A stretch of 32,000 nucleotides of DNA from Pseudomonas aeruginosa. GTDB taxonomy: Bacteria; Pseudomonadota; Gammaproteobacteria; Pseudomonadales; Pseudomonadaceae. Location: contig NZ_LN831024.1 in NCBI RefSeq assembly GCF_001457615.1, positions 5,100,001-5,132,000 on the forward strand. The letters run 5' to 3'. Numbering within the stretch: the first letter of the stretch is position 1; each line of letters starts with the position of its first letter. Both the position numbers and the translations under genes were made by a program. The notes under the pieces are model-generated. The model was given only the letters and a program-made list of their open reading frames with translations, was not told where the DNA came from and did not search any database. Positions 1 to 7,702 of the stretch are shown here, piece after piece.

Positions 1-237
1 GATCTGCAACAGATCGTTGAGGGACTCCAGGCCACGCCGGATCTGCAGTCCGCTACCCAGCAGCGTCAAGCTCTGCAGTTCGATCCGGGTGTCGCTGAAC
101 TGGCGATAGGCATCGCGCACCAGATAGAAGCTGGTGATCAGCAGCGGCAGGAAGAACAGCACGCTGATCAGGCCGAACTTCATGCCGAAGCTGAGCCGGT
201 TCATCAGCGCGATGGCGGGATAGAGTACGGTCTTCAC
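1..237 (-). CDS. 5' end (79 codons) of a membrane sensor gene, probably a methyl-accepting chemotaxis transducer; continues past the left edge
   Basis: Not in the ORF track because it has no stop in the window. On the reverse strand, AGGAG lies 6 nt upstream of GTG at 237..235. Translation reads VKTVLYPAIALMNRLSFGMKFGLISVLFFLPLLITSFYLVRDAYRQF..., a short cytoplasmic N-terminus followed by one TM helix. The MCP call rests on remembered synteny (the gene beside ampE in P. aeruginosa). No HAMP or signalling domain is visible here. Confidence 0.5.
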   Translation of the reverse strand, partial: MKTVLYPAIALMNRLSFGMKFGLISVLFFLPLLITSFYLVRDAYRQFSDTRIELQSLTLLGSGLQIRRGLESLNDLLQI

Positions 238-391
238 CCAGACGTCTCCTGATTGTTCTTATCGTTCTGAGAGATGCCGCCGCGTGGCGACATTGACGCA
301 CGGAGTCCGCTCGGTAATGGCCTTTCGAAATCATGCGGACACGTTCACCTGTGTACCCGATATCGGCCTGGTGTTCTGTAACTTAAGGTTA

Positions 392-418
392 ACGGGGAAT
401 CGCAGGCGGATTCCCCGT
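392..418 (-). terminator. Hairpin just downstream of ampE (possible terminator, weak U-tract)
   Basis: ACGGGGAATC-gcaggcg-GATTCCCCGT, a perfect 10-bp stem starting 9 nt after the ampE stop. On the minus strand it is followed by TAACCTTAAGTT, which is not a clean U-run. Confidence 0.3.
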
Positions 419-426
419 CGCTGCGC

Positions 427-1263
427 TCAGAGGAACAGCGCGCAGAAGGCGAACACGGCGTACCAGAGCACGGCCGCACGCACCAGCAATTGCCAGAGCG
501 CATCCAGGCTGGCGACGCCGGCGGCACCCAGTTCGACCGCTTCGACATCGCTGGCGACCCGTCCGGCCTTGCCCAGCAGCGCGGCCGCCGAGATGTCCCA
601 GGCCAGCAGCCAGTGCAGCAGCACGCGGATAACCGCGAGGAAGTTGCCGACCAGGGCGAAGCTCAGCACCAGCGCACGCACCGGCAACCAGTCGAAGATA
701 TGCCGGACGCGCGCCGCCTGTTCGCGCAACGCCGGCTGGCGGGCGTGCTCCAGCGCCAGTGCCAGCAGGCGATAGGCCAGGGCCGCCACCGGGCCGAGCA
801 AGGCATACCAGAAGATCACCGCGAAGAAGCTCTGGTAGCCCTGCCAGAGCAGATGGCCGTGCACCCGGCCGATCAGGTCGCTCTCGCTGCCGCCCAGGAT
901 CCCCAGATCGCGTTCGGCGACATGGAAGGCAGCCTGGGCCTCCTCGCGCCGCCAGGCGTCGCGGAACGGCCCGAGGTCGGCCATGACGTCGCCGCGGCCG
1001 AGACTGTAGACCACCACCAGAAGATGCAGCGGAAGGCTCAACCAGCCATAGGCCAGCGGCTGCAGCAATGTCAGCAGCAGGGCCAGCGGCAGCAACGGCA
1101 GGACCACCGCGAGCAGCAACCCCAGCCAGGAGCGGCGGGACACCGAGGGCAGATCCTCGACCAGGCCCAGCCAGGCGAGCCAGGCGCCATCGCGCTGGAT
1201 ACGCCGGCGCCAGCCGGAGAACTTCTCCAGCGCAAGGGCCAGCAGCAACACCAGGAACGTCAT
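427..1263 (-). CDS. ampE: AmpE inner-membrane protein (ampDE operon)
   Basis: The C-terminal 278 aa of the 357-aa track ORF. Start ATG at 1263 (MTFLVLLLALALEKFSGWRRR...) is preceded by GGAGG. It forms a 4-nt ATGA overlap with the ampD stop. Multi-TM protein in the position expected for P. aeruginosa AmpE. Confidence 0.85.
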   Translation of the reverse strand: MTFLVLLLALALEKFSGWRRRIQRDGAWLAWLGLVEDLPSVSRRSWLGLLLAVVLPLLPLALLLTLLQPLAYGWLSLPLHLLVVVYSLGRGDVMADLGPFRDAWRREEAQAAFHVAERDLGILGGSESDLIGRVHGHLLWQGYQSFFAVIFWYALLGPVAALAYRLLALALEHARQPALREQAARVRHIFDWLPVRALVLSFALVGNFLAVIRVLLHWLLAWDISAAALLGKAGRVASDVEAVELGAAGVASLDALWQLLVRAAVLWYAVFAFCALFL

Positions 1264-1826
1264 GTTTCCTCCTTGGAATCGGTCAATCCGGCGCGGTAGC
1301 GCGACCAGTCGAAAGCCTCGCCGGGATCGGTCTTGCGCTCCGGGGCGATATCGCAGTGGCCCTGGATGCGTTCCGGGGTGATCGCCGGGAAGGCCGCGCG
1401 CAACAGCCGCGTCAGCCCGGCCAGGGCAGTGTACTGCGCGTCCGTGTACGGTTCCGTGTCGGTCCCCTCCAGTTCGATGCCAAGGGAGAAGTCGTTGCAC
1501 GCCTCGCGACCGTCGAAGCAGGAAACCCCGGCATGCCAGGCGCGGTCGTGGCAGGAGACGAACTGGGTGATGGCGCCGTCGCGTTCGATGAGGAAATGCG
1601 CGGAAACCGTCAGGTGGCGGATCTCCTCGAAATAGGGATGTTCGTTCGGGTCCAGGCGATTCTGGAAGAACGCCTGGACCTTGCCGGTGCCGAACTGTCC
1701 CGGCGGCAGGCTGATATTGTGGATGACCAGCAGCGACACCGCGTCCCCTTGCGGACGCAGGTTGAAATTCGGTGAAGGGCAGTGGCGGACGCCACGGACC
1801 CAGCCGGTAACGGAATCGAAATGCAT
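1260..1826 (-). CDS. ampD: 1,6-anhydro-N-acetylmuramyl-L-alanine amidase AmpD
   Basis: Start ATG at 1826 (MHFDSVTGWVRGVRHCPSPNFNLRP...VIHNISLPPG...WHAG...) is preceded by AGGAG. The amidase_2 family motifs are recognisable. 188 aa. Confidence 0.9.
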   Translation of the reverse strand: MHFDSVTGWVRGVRHCPSPNFNLRPQGDAVSLLVIHNISLPPGQFGTGKVQAFFQNRLDPNEHPYFEEIRHLTVSAHFLIERDGAITQFVSCHDRAWHAGVSCFDGREACNDFSLGIELEGTDTEPYTDAQYTALAGLTRLLRAAFPAITPERIQGHCDIAPERKTDPGEAFDWSRYRAGLTDSKEET

Positions 1827-1934
1827 ACGGGCTCCTGAACGAGCCCCCACTCTAATCCAGCGGCGCCGGAATGACGATCAGGCGGGCTCTGGATCGGCCG
1901 CTTCGACATGCGTCGAGGAAAGGTATTACCCGCA

Positions 1935-1964
1935 AGAACGAAAAGACCCGGCATCCGCCGGGTC
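1935..1964 (-). terminator. Rho-independent terminator of the DUF1631 gene
   Basis: The minus strand reads GACCCGGC-ggat-GCCGGGTC followed by TTTTCGTTCTT. The hairpin lies 13 nt after the stop at 1977. Confidence 0.7.
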
Positions 1965-1976
1965 CTCGAGAAGCGG

Positions 1977-4232
1977 CTAGGCGCCCTTGAGGCGCCGCAG
2001 GTTGCCGATCACCGACTCCAGGGCCCGGTCGAACAGCAAGGCATCGTCCAGCAGGCGTACCGCCTGCCGGCGAAACTCCACCGCCAGGCCCATGCGGGTC
2101 TTTTCCAGGACCTTCATCCCGGTGCGATTGACGAAGATGTAGCGACCGGTGGGCCGGATCACTGCCGCCAGCTTGCAGCGCAGCTTGTGCTCGGCGTCCT
2201 CCTGGATCTCCACCCAACTGCCGACACGCAGCGCATCGACCCGCAGCAGTGCCTCGTCGTTGTCCGGCAGGCGCACTTCGCTCTCGACAGGCGCCGGGGC
2301 GGCGTCCGGCGAGGTCAGGACGATTTCCTCGACCACCCGCAGCATGACCGGCGCCCGGGGCTTTTCCGCGGCCGTGCCCGGGGTCGCTTCGTCGAGCAGG
2401 GGGCTGTCCGCGACCGCCGCCTCGCCGCGCTTGTCGCGCTGCAGGCCCTGGACATGCAGGGTTTCCAGCTGGCTGAAGAATTCACCGGTGGAAAACGGAT
2501 CGAAGGCTGCGCTGGCCAATCCCTCGCGCAGCGCCTTGAGCAGGCCTGGCACGCGCTCCAGCAACTGTTGGCGGGACAGCGGATCATCATGCGGGCCGAC
2601 GCTCCAGATCAGCTCGTCCATGGTATCCAGGGCCTCCCGCCACTCGGCCGAAGCCTTGCCATGCTTAAGGCAGATCAGCAGCATCACCTTGCTCCAGGCA
2701 TCCCGCAGCAGGCGCACCACCACCTCCGGCAGGACCTTGCCGAGCAGTCGCTGGTTCAGCACCTGCTCCACGTCCTGACGAGCCAGTTCGGCCTTGGCGC
2801 GGCCTTCCTCGGCGTCGCGGGTGCGCTGCTCGAGGAGCTCGCTGCGGCGGCGCTCGTCGCCGGTGAAGGCAATGAAGTCCTCCAGCAACTCGGCGAAGAT
2901 CGCCGGGTCGTCGACGAAGTCGTTCAACAGCCGCATCACGACCTGTTCGATCTTCTGGTACAGGCTGTCGCGCCGGGCATCATTGTGTTCGGCCCAGCCC
3001 AGCGACGCGGATGCGATCTCGTTGAGCAGGCGACGCGCCGGATGGCTACCGCGGCTGAAGAAGGTCTTGTCGAGCAGGGCCACCTTGAGCATCGGGATCT
3101 GCATCCGACCGATCAGGGCCTTCAGCGAATCAGGCAGGGTGCGGTCGTCGAGAATGAATTCGAACAGCATCGACACCAGGTTGATGACGTCATCGTCCAC
3201 CTGGCCGACCACCCGAGAACGGCCGCTCTTGTGGCTGACCCGCTGGAGCAGTTGATCGACCCCGTCGCGGACGTCGAACTCCGCGGCGCCAGGGCCCGGC
3301 AAGTGCTGTTGCAGGTGGGAAAGCAGGCGCATCAGGTCGTTGCTGGAAATCGGCGCGGCATTCTCAGGCGTTTCGCGACGGTAGAAGGAAGGATTGTCGC
3401 GGACCTGCGCCAGCAGTTCCTGCAGCGCGCCGAAGACTTCCTGCTGGCCGCCGTCGAGCAGCGCAGCCTGTGCCTGCAGGGTCCCGGCATCGCGTACCGC
3501 TTCGGGACGGACAGCGGGCTGACGCCGCGGCAGCGCGGATTTGAGTTCCGGCAGCACGCCCGCAGCGACCAGGATCTGGTTGGCCTCGGCGTACAACTGG
3601 TCGCAATGGGCCAGGACGTACTTCTCGAACAGCTTGAGAATGATCAGCTTGACCTTGATCTCGACGCCGAGCCCCTGGCAGGCATCGAGGAAAGCCGCGG
3701 TCAGCGGACGCGGAGCGAGGGGATTGCTCTTCTCGTCGACCTTCCGGCCGACCAGGGTGTTCAGGCGGGTGCTCAGGTGGGCCAGCGCGGTGGCATCGCG
3801 GCTCATCACCCGCGCCACCATCGCGTCCACCGCGACGGACTCCTCCAGTTCCTCGTTCTGTACCAGGCTGAGGCTGTCGAAGGACACGGTATCCAGGGTC
3901 GGCACGGATTTGCCGGACTGTACCTGGTTGAGCGCCGAGAACTCCTCGAAGACCTTCTGCAGGTAGACCCGCTCGATACTCTTGCGCTTGAGGCGCAGGT
4001 CGCGCATGGCTTCGAAGAAAGCGTTCTGTTCGAGGTTACTGGTGGCTCGGTCGGCCATTTCGAAGAGGGTGTCGTCGGCGTTGTCGAACAACGCCTGCAA
4101 CGCCTGTTTCAGCTGCAACGCCGCCTTGTCGCGCACCTGCACGAGGATGACCGGCAGGCGCCCCGCTCCGGCGTTCGGCGACGGCTCGGAAGCGACCCTG
4201 GTCAGGTGCACCACATTGGCATCGTTCTGCAT
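1977..4232 (-). CDS. Large conserved hypothetical protein, DUF1631 family (family assignment from memory)
   Basis: 769-aa track ORF. I prefer the ATG at 4232 (MQNDANVVHLTRV..., 751 aa) because GGAGAG lies 7 nt upstream. The N-terminal pattern LQALFDNADDTLFEMADRATSNLEQNAFFEAMRDLRLKRKSIE matches what I remember of DUF1631. No enzymatic motif was recognised. Confidence 0.75.
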   Translation of the reverse strand: MQNDANVVHLTRVASEPSPNAGAGRLPVILVQVRDKAALQLKQALQALFDNADDTLFEMADRATSNLEQNAFFEAMRDLRLKRKSIERVYLQKVFEEFSALNQVQSGKSVPTLDTVSFDSLSLVQNEELEESVAVDAMVARVMSRDATALAHLSTRLNTLVGRKVDEKSNPLAPRPLTAAFLDACQGLGVEIKVKLIILKLFEKYVLAHCDQLYAEANQILVAAGVLPELKSALPRRQPAVRPEAVRDAGTLQAQAALLDGGQQEVFGALQELLAQVRDNPSFYRRETPENAAPISSNDLMRLLSHLQQHLPGPGAAEFDVRDGVDQLLQRVSHKSGRSRVVGQVDDDVINLVSMLFEFILDDRTLPDSLKALIGRMQIPMLKVALLDKTFFSRGSHPARRLLNEIASASLGWAEHNDARRDSLYQKIEQVVMRLLNDFVDDPAIFAELLEDFIAFTGDERRRSELLEQRTRDAEEGRAKAELARQDVEQVLNQRLLGKVLPEVVVRLLRDAWSKVMLLICLKHGKASAEWREALDTMDELIWSVGPHDDPLSRQQLLERVPGLLKALREGLASAAFDPFSTGEFFSQLETLHVQGLQRDKRGEAAVADSPLLDEATPGTAAEKPRAPVMLRVVEEIVLTSPDAAPAPVESEVRLPDNDEALLRVDALRVGSWVEIQEDAEHKLRCKLAAVIRPTGRYIFVNRTGMKVLEKTRMGLAVEFRRQAVRLLDDALLFDRALESVIGNLRRLKGA

Positions 4233-4337
4233 CGGGACTCTCCTGCCACCCTCGCGGCCGCGCATGGAATGGCAAAAATCGGGCACAGAGGATCGATTGG
4301 CGTCGTCCGTAACGTCAATTTCCAGGCGTCAAAAACA

Positions 4338-4364
4338 AGTATCTACATTCATTATAGAGATACT
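4338..4364. promoter_or_regulatory. Inverted repeat AGTATCT-N13-AGATACT in an AT-rich divergent intergenic region (candidate operator)
   Basis: Read directly: AGTATCTacattcattatagAGATACT. It sits in an unusually AT-rich ~90-bp patch (4310-4400) between the DUF1631 gene start and nadC. Confidence 0.35.
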
Positions 4365-4462
4365 TTCAAATCTAGATAGAGGGTTTTCCTATAGACATGA
4401 CTCTCTTCACACAAGCGAAGGCCGATGAATGGCGGCCGTCCCGACCGGCGCCCAGGCAGGCA

Positions 4463-4491
4463 CAGACGCCGTCCGCTGCGCTCCGTATAAT
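4463..4491 (+). promoter_or_regulatory. Candidate sigma70 promoter for nadC
   Basis: Perfect TATAAT at 4486-4491, 27 nt upstream of the nadC ATG. The -35 at a 17-bp spacing is poor (CAGACG). Confidence 0.3.
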
Positions 4492-4517
4492 CGCCCGATC
4501 TCGTACAGGAGCCCGCC

Positions 4518-5366
4518 ATGCCTAACCTCACCCTTGCCGACCTCCAAGGCGAAATCCAGGCCAACGTCCGCACCGCCCTGGCGGAAGACGTCGGCGGCGG
4601 CGACCTTACCGCTCATTTGATCGATCCACAGCGCGAGGCCGAGGCCCGGGTGATTACCCGCGAGCACGCGACGATCGCGGGCCGCGCCTGGGTCGACGAG
4701 GTCTTCCGCCAGGTCGATCCCCGAGTGCTGGTGACCTGGCAGGTGGAGGACGGCCAGCGAGTCGAGCCGAACCAGATGCTGTTCCAGCTAAAAGGTCCGG
4801 CCCGCGCCCTGCTCACCGGCGAGCGCAGCGCGCTGAACTTCCTCCAGCTGCTTTCCGGTACCGCCACCCGCAGCCAGCACTACGCCGACCTGGTCGCCGG
4901 CACCGCGGTGAAGCTCCTCGACACGCGCAAGACCCTGCCCGGCCTGCGCCTGGCGCAGAAGTACGCGGTCACCTGCGGCGGTTGCCACAACCATCGCATC
5001 GGCCTCTACGATGCCTTCCTGATCAAGGAAAACCACATCGCCGCCTGCGGCGGTATCGATCGGGCAATCGCCGAAGCCCGGCGCATAGCACCCGGCAAGC
5101 CGGTGGAAGTGGAAGTGGAGAACCTCGATGAACTGCGCCAGGCGCTGGAGGCCGGCGCCGATATCGTCATGCTCGACGAACTCAGCCTGGACGACATGCG
5201 CACCGCCGTCGCCCTCACCGCCGGCCGTGCCAAGCTGGAAGCTTCCGGCGGAATCAACGAGGGCACCCTGCGCAACATCGCCGAGACCGGCGTCGACTAC
5301 ATCTCCATCGGCACCCTGACCAAGGATGTCAGGGCCGTCGACCTGTCCATGCGCCTCACCCTCTGA
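4518..5366 (+). CDS. nadC: Nicotinate-nucleotide pyrophosphorylase (quinolinate phosphoribosyltransferase)
   Basis: 282 aa with AGGAG upstream. Typical QPRTase sequence (…[19 protein letters not shown]…[10 protein letters not shown]…KENHI…MLDE…EASGGI…) and the expected position next to the pil cluster. Confidence 0.95.
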   Translation: MPNLTLADLQGEIQANVRTALAEDVGGGDLTAHLIDPQREAEARVITREHATIAGRAWVDEVFRQVDPRVLVTWQVEDGQRVEPNQMLFQLKGPARALLTGERSALNFLQLLSGTATRSQHYADLVAGTAVKLLDTRKTLPGLRLAQKYAVTCGGCHNHRIGLYDAFLIKENHIAACGGIDRAIAEARRIAPGKPVEVEVENLDELRQALEAGADIVMLDELSLDDMRTAVALTAGRAKLEASGGINEGTLRNIAETGVDYISIGTLTKDVRAVDLSMRLTL

Positions 5367-5382
5367 ACGAATCGCAGGTAAT

Positions 5383-5410
5383 AAAAAGCCCCGCCGAAGC
5401 GGGGCTTTTT
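5383..5410. terminator. Bidirectional rho-independent terminator (nadC on +; tfpO/tRNA-Thr on -)
   Basis: AAAAA-GCCCCGC-cgaa-GCGGGGC-TTTTT. The A-run and T-run flank a 7-bp GC stem. Confidence 0.8.
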
Positions 5411-5418
5411 ATTGCGAC

Positions 5419-5494
5419 TGGTGCCGGATAGAGGAATCGAACCCCCGACCTTCTCATTACGAATGAGCTGCTCTACCGACTGAGCTAATCCGGC
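5419..5494 (-). tRNA. tRNA-Thr (anticodon CGU)
   Basis: The reverse complement GCCGGATTAGCTCAGTCGGTAGAGCAGCTCATTCGTAATGAGAAGGTCGGGGGTTCGATTCCTCTATCCGGCACCA folds as a cloverleaf. Acceptor stem is GCCGGAT/ATCCGGC, the anticodon loop is TTCGTAA, the T-loop is GTTCGATTC, and CCA is encoded. Confidence 0.95.
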
Positions 5495-5503
5495 GGCGCG
5501 GGG

Positions 5504-5533
5504 AAGGTATCACTCGGCACAGCCGGATTTCAA
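5504..5533 (-). promoter_or_regulatory. Candidate tRNA-Thr promoter
   Basis: The minus strand reads TTGAAA-N18-(TGa)TACCTT, followed by a GC-rich discriminator (ccccgcgcc) and then the tRNA 5' end. The -35 lies directly after the tfpO stop. The -10 is weak. Confidence 0.3.
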
Positions 5534-5546
5534 CCGATATTCCCCC

Positions 5547-6932
5547 TCACATGGGAATCCAACCCTGAATCCAGAAACGTGGCGCCTCACCGCCGCCGTG
5601 GATTTCCAGGTAGCGCTCCTCGGCCGCGGTCAGCCCCGGCACCTCGAGCAGCAGCACGCGCCCCAGCACGACAATGACAACGACAGCCAGGCCCCGACAG
5701 AGCCAGCGCTGTGCGGGGGACGGCGCGACCGGCTTCGACCAGCGTGCCATGGCGATGCCTACCAGCAAGGCCAATACGGTCTGGGTGAAGGGCATGACGA
5801 ACACGCCGTCCACCTGGGCCAGGACCAGGACCGAAACGAGGGCCAGCCACAGTCCGGCATCCATCGGATCGCCCTGTTCACGCAGGTAACGCGCGCCGCG
5901 AAGCAGACCAAGGGTCATCAGTCCAACCACCAGAAGGCCAGCGACCCCGCCCCATTCAGCGAACCACTGCAGCAGCATCTGGTGCGGGTGGGCACCGACG
6001 CTGTTCGGCACCGCCGAGAAATGCATGGGCCCGACCCCAAGCAAAGGATGGGCTACGAACATGCCCCAGGCATCTCGCCACAACACGTCGCGCAGAGACA
6101 GACCACTGCGCATACCGGACATGAGGGTCATGTCGATACCTAGCCAGGTCGGCAAGGCAACCATTAACAGGAAATAGAGCGCCAACCCGACGAATGCCGC
6201 GGACAACTGGACGATCAAAAAGCGGCGCCCCACGGGGCCGATCCAGCAAAGCGCGAGATGCGCGACGGCGAAACCCAACCAGAGCCCGCGTCCAGCCAAG
6301 GCGAAGGAGATGCACCATTGGATGGCCAGCAGCAGCATGACAAGCCAGGACAGTCTGAACCGCCCGGTCTCTCGCAGGTACAACCCCAGCGCAGCCATCA
6401 GCGGCAGCAGCATGGCCTGGAACTGCCCCATGGTCCGGACGTTGGAAAAGCCGCTGAGCAGAACCCTGGGATTCAACTCACGGAGCCCGCTGACGAAGGC
6501 CGCGAGATAGGAAAGCAGGAACTGGTAGCAGAAGAACCCTCCCAACACGACCACCCCCCAGAGGGCGATACGGCGAACCCACTCTGGGCTGGCGGATATA
6601 TTGAAGGAAAACAGCATCAGGCCGGCGAATACCGACCATTCCTTGAATGCCCAGGAAGGATTGGCGGAGAGAAATGCGGAAACGCTGCCTAGACCCAAGA
6701 TAACCAACAGTGTTACCTGAACCATCCTTCTGGCAAATGACAGACGAGAAGAAAAGAGCAGCAGGAGTGACGATCCACTCAACACCACCAATTGGAGTAT
6801 TCGCTGCTGATCATGCCAGTTCTTGGAAACCCCGCAGTAAACAACGGGAGAAAGCAGAAGAATACTTATCAGCAATAATAGAATAGTACGCGACGCCTTA
6901 CCCATCCTTTCCCAGGCTAGCCAAATTCGCAT
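5547..6932 (-). CDS. tfpO: Pilin glycosyltransferase TfpO/PilO (O-antigen-ligase/Wzy_C-like oligosaccharyltransferase of group I pilins)
   Basis: Polytopic membrane protein directly 3' of a pilA whose product ends in ...NCPKS. This matches the arrangement I know from strain 1244. I chose the ATG at 6932 (MRIWLAWERMGKASRT..., 461 aa) because the track start at 6989 would place the pilA terminator hairpin inside the CDS. The 5' third is AT-rich; for example, 6841-6900 has 25 G+C in 60 nt. Confidence 0.8.
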   Translation of the reverse strand: MRIWLAWERMGKASRTILLLLISILLLSPVVYCGVSKNWHDQQRILQLVVLSGSSLLLLFSSRLSFARRMVQVTLLVILGLGSVSAFLSANPSWAFKEWSVFAGLMLFSFNISASPEWVRRIALWGVVVLGGFFCYQFLLSYLAAFVSGLRELNPRVLLSGFSNVRTMGQFQAMLLPLMAALGLYLRETGRFRLSWLVMLLLAIQWCISFALAGRGLWLGFAVAHLALCWIGPVGRRFLIVQLSAAFVGLALYFLLMVALPTWLGIDMTLMSGMRSGLSLRDVLWRDAWGMFVAHPLLGVGPMHFSAVPNSVGAHPHQMLLQWFAEWGGVAGLLVVGLMTLGLLRGARYLREQGDPMDAGLWLALVSVLVLAQVDGVFVMPFTQTVLALLVGIAMARWSKPVAPSPAQRWLCRGLAVVVIVVLGRVLLLEVPGLTAAEERYLEIHGGGEAPRFWIQGWIPM

Positions 6933-6950
6933 CACATGGGCTCCAGAATG

Positions 6951-6973
6951 AAAACGCCCCGCAATGCGGGGCG
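6951..6973 (-). terminator. pilA terminator/attenuator between pilA and tfpO
   Basis: The minus strand reads CGCCCCGC-att-GCGGGGCG followed by TTTTCATTCT. The hairpin starts 35 nt after the pilA stop and ends 19 nt before the tfpO ATG at 6932. Confidence 0.7.
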
Positions 6974-7007
6974 CTTCCTTCACACTCAAAACAACTCAAA
7001 AAACCGA

Positions 7008-7472
7008 TTAGGATTTCGGGCAATTAGCCGGAGCGTAGTTGGGCTTCCAAGCTGTAGGAGTTTTGGTGATTTTGCAGTTCCAGACTCCGTCATTTTTACG
7101 CGAAACAGTGATTACAGCCCCTTTGATAGCGGAACCAGAAGATTTACCCAAGGTAGCGACCAACTCAACGGTGCCATCTTTATTGTCCGTTACCTGGATC
7201 TGACTCTCACCAGAACCATCTAGCAAAGTAGACTCGGTGAAGCCAATGTCATACTGGGTATCTTTAGGAGTCGCGCTGGAAACAATCTCCTTCCCTTCCA
7301 GAATCGCCGACTCCGCAGCGGTCTTCAGCGCGCTGACTTCACTCACGGCACGGGTCACCTGGGTACGGGCGGTGTAGTCCTGGTATTGCGGGATGGCAAT
7401 GGCGGCCAGGATGCCGATGATCGCAACCACGATCATCAGTTCGATCAGAGTAAAACCCTTCTGAGCTTTCAT
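7008..7472 (-). CDS. pilA: Type IVa major pilin PilA, group I (1244-like, C-terminal Ser glycosylation site)
   Basis: Start ATG at 7472. MKAQKG|[25 protein letters not shown] is the canonical prepilin leader and N-methyl-Phe helix. The C-terminal disulfide loop is C...C-PKS. The track ORF (216 aa) carries a spurious 62-aa N-terminal extension. GC is lower than in the flanks. Confidence 0.95.
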   Translation of the reverse strand: MKAQKGFTLIELMIVVAIIGILAAIAIPQYQDYTARTQVTRAVSEVSALKTAAESAILEGKEIVSSATPKDTQYDIGFTESTLLDGSGESQIQVTDNKDGTVELVATLGKSSGSAIKGAVITVSRKNDGVWNCKITKTPTAWKPNYAPANCPKS

Positions 7473-7519
7473 GAATATCTCCATGTGGTATGTATAGGCC
7501 AAACGCCTTCCCCCTTCAA

Positions 7520-7535
7520 AGCAGGTTGCATGCCA
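7520..7535 (-). promoter_or_regulatory. Sigma-54 (-24/-12) promoter of pilA
   Basis: The minus strand reads TGGCATgcaacCTGCT, i.e. GG-N10-GC, about 48 nt upstream of the pilA ATG. pilA is known to be RpoN/PilR dependent. Confidence 0.7.
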
Positions 7536-7702
7536 ACCTTTCAAACGCCCTCCTTTCGCAACTCTTGCGGGGACTTCGAAAGTGTTCCGCTCTCCCCTGC
7601 CGGCAATATGTGACACTTTTTGGCATCTCGGAATCGTCGGTTTGGCAGCCCCAGGCATCTGCGTTATAAGTCTCGCTCCAAGCCTTCTTCAGATGCTCCC
7701 CA

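Noticed and set aside
1908-4379. An 823-aa + strand ORF antisense to the DUF1631 gene.
   Set aside because: It shows the same GC-driven shadow effect. The composition is biased to R/G/Q/L/H/A, with no recognisable domain or start context, while the minus-strand frame has an SD, a terminator and family-like sequence.
5383-5408. An identical 26-nt sequence, AAAAAGCCCCGCCGAAGCGGGGCTTT, here and at 25345-25370. I considered a REP/MITE-like dispersed repeat.
   Set aside because: Both copies are simple terminator hairpins placed exactly at gene ends (nadC and clpB). The identity is confined to the stem-loop plus the A/T runs, and there is no flanking similarity or target-site duplication. Convergent use of a stable GC stem is sufficient to explain it.
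5419-5546. A prophage or genomic island integrated at tRNA-Thr.
   Set aside because: There is no integrase and no duplicated tRNA 3' segment in the window. The only foreign-looking DNA is the pilA-tfpO allele cassette itself.
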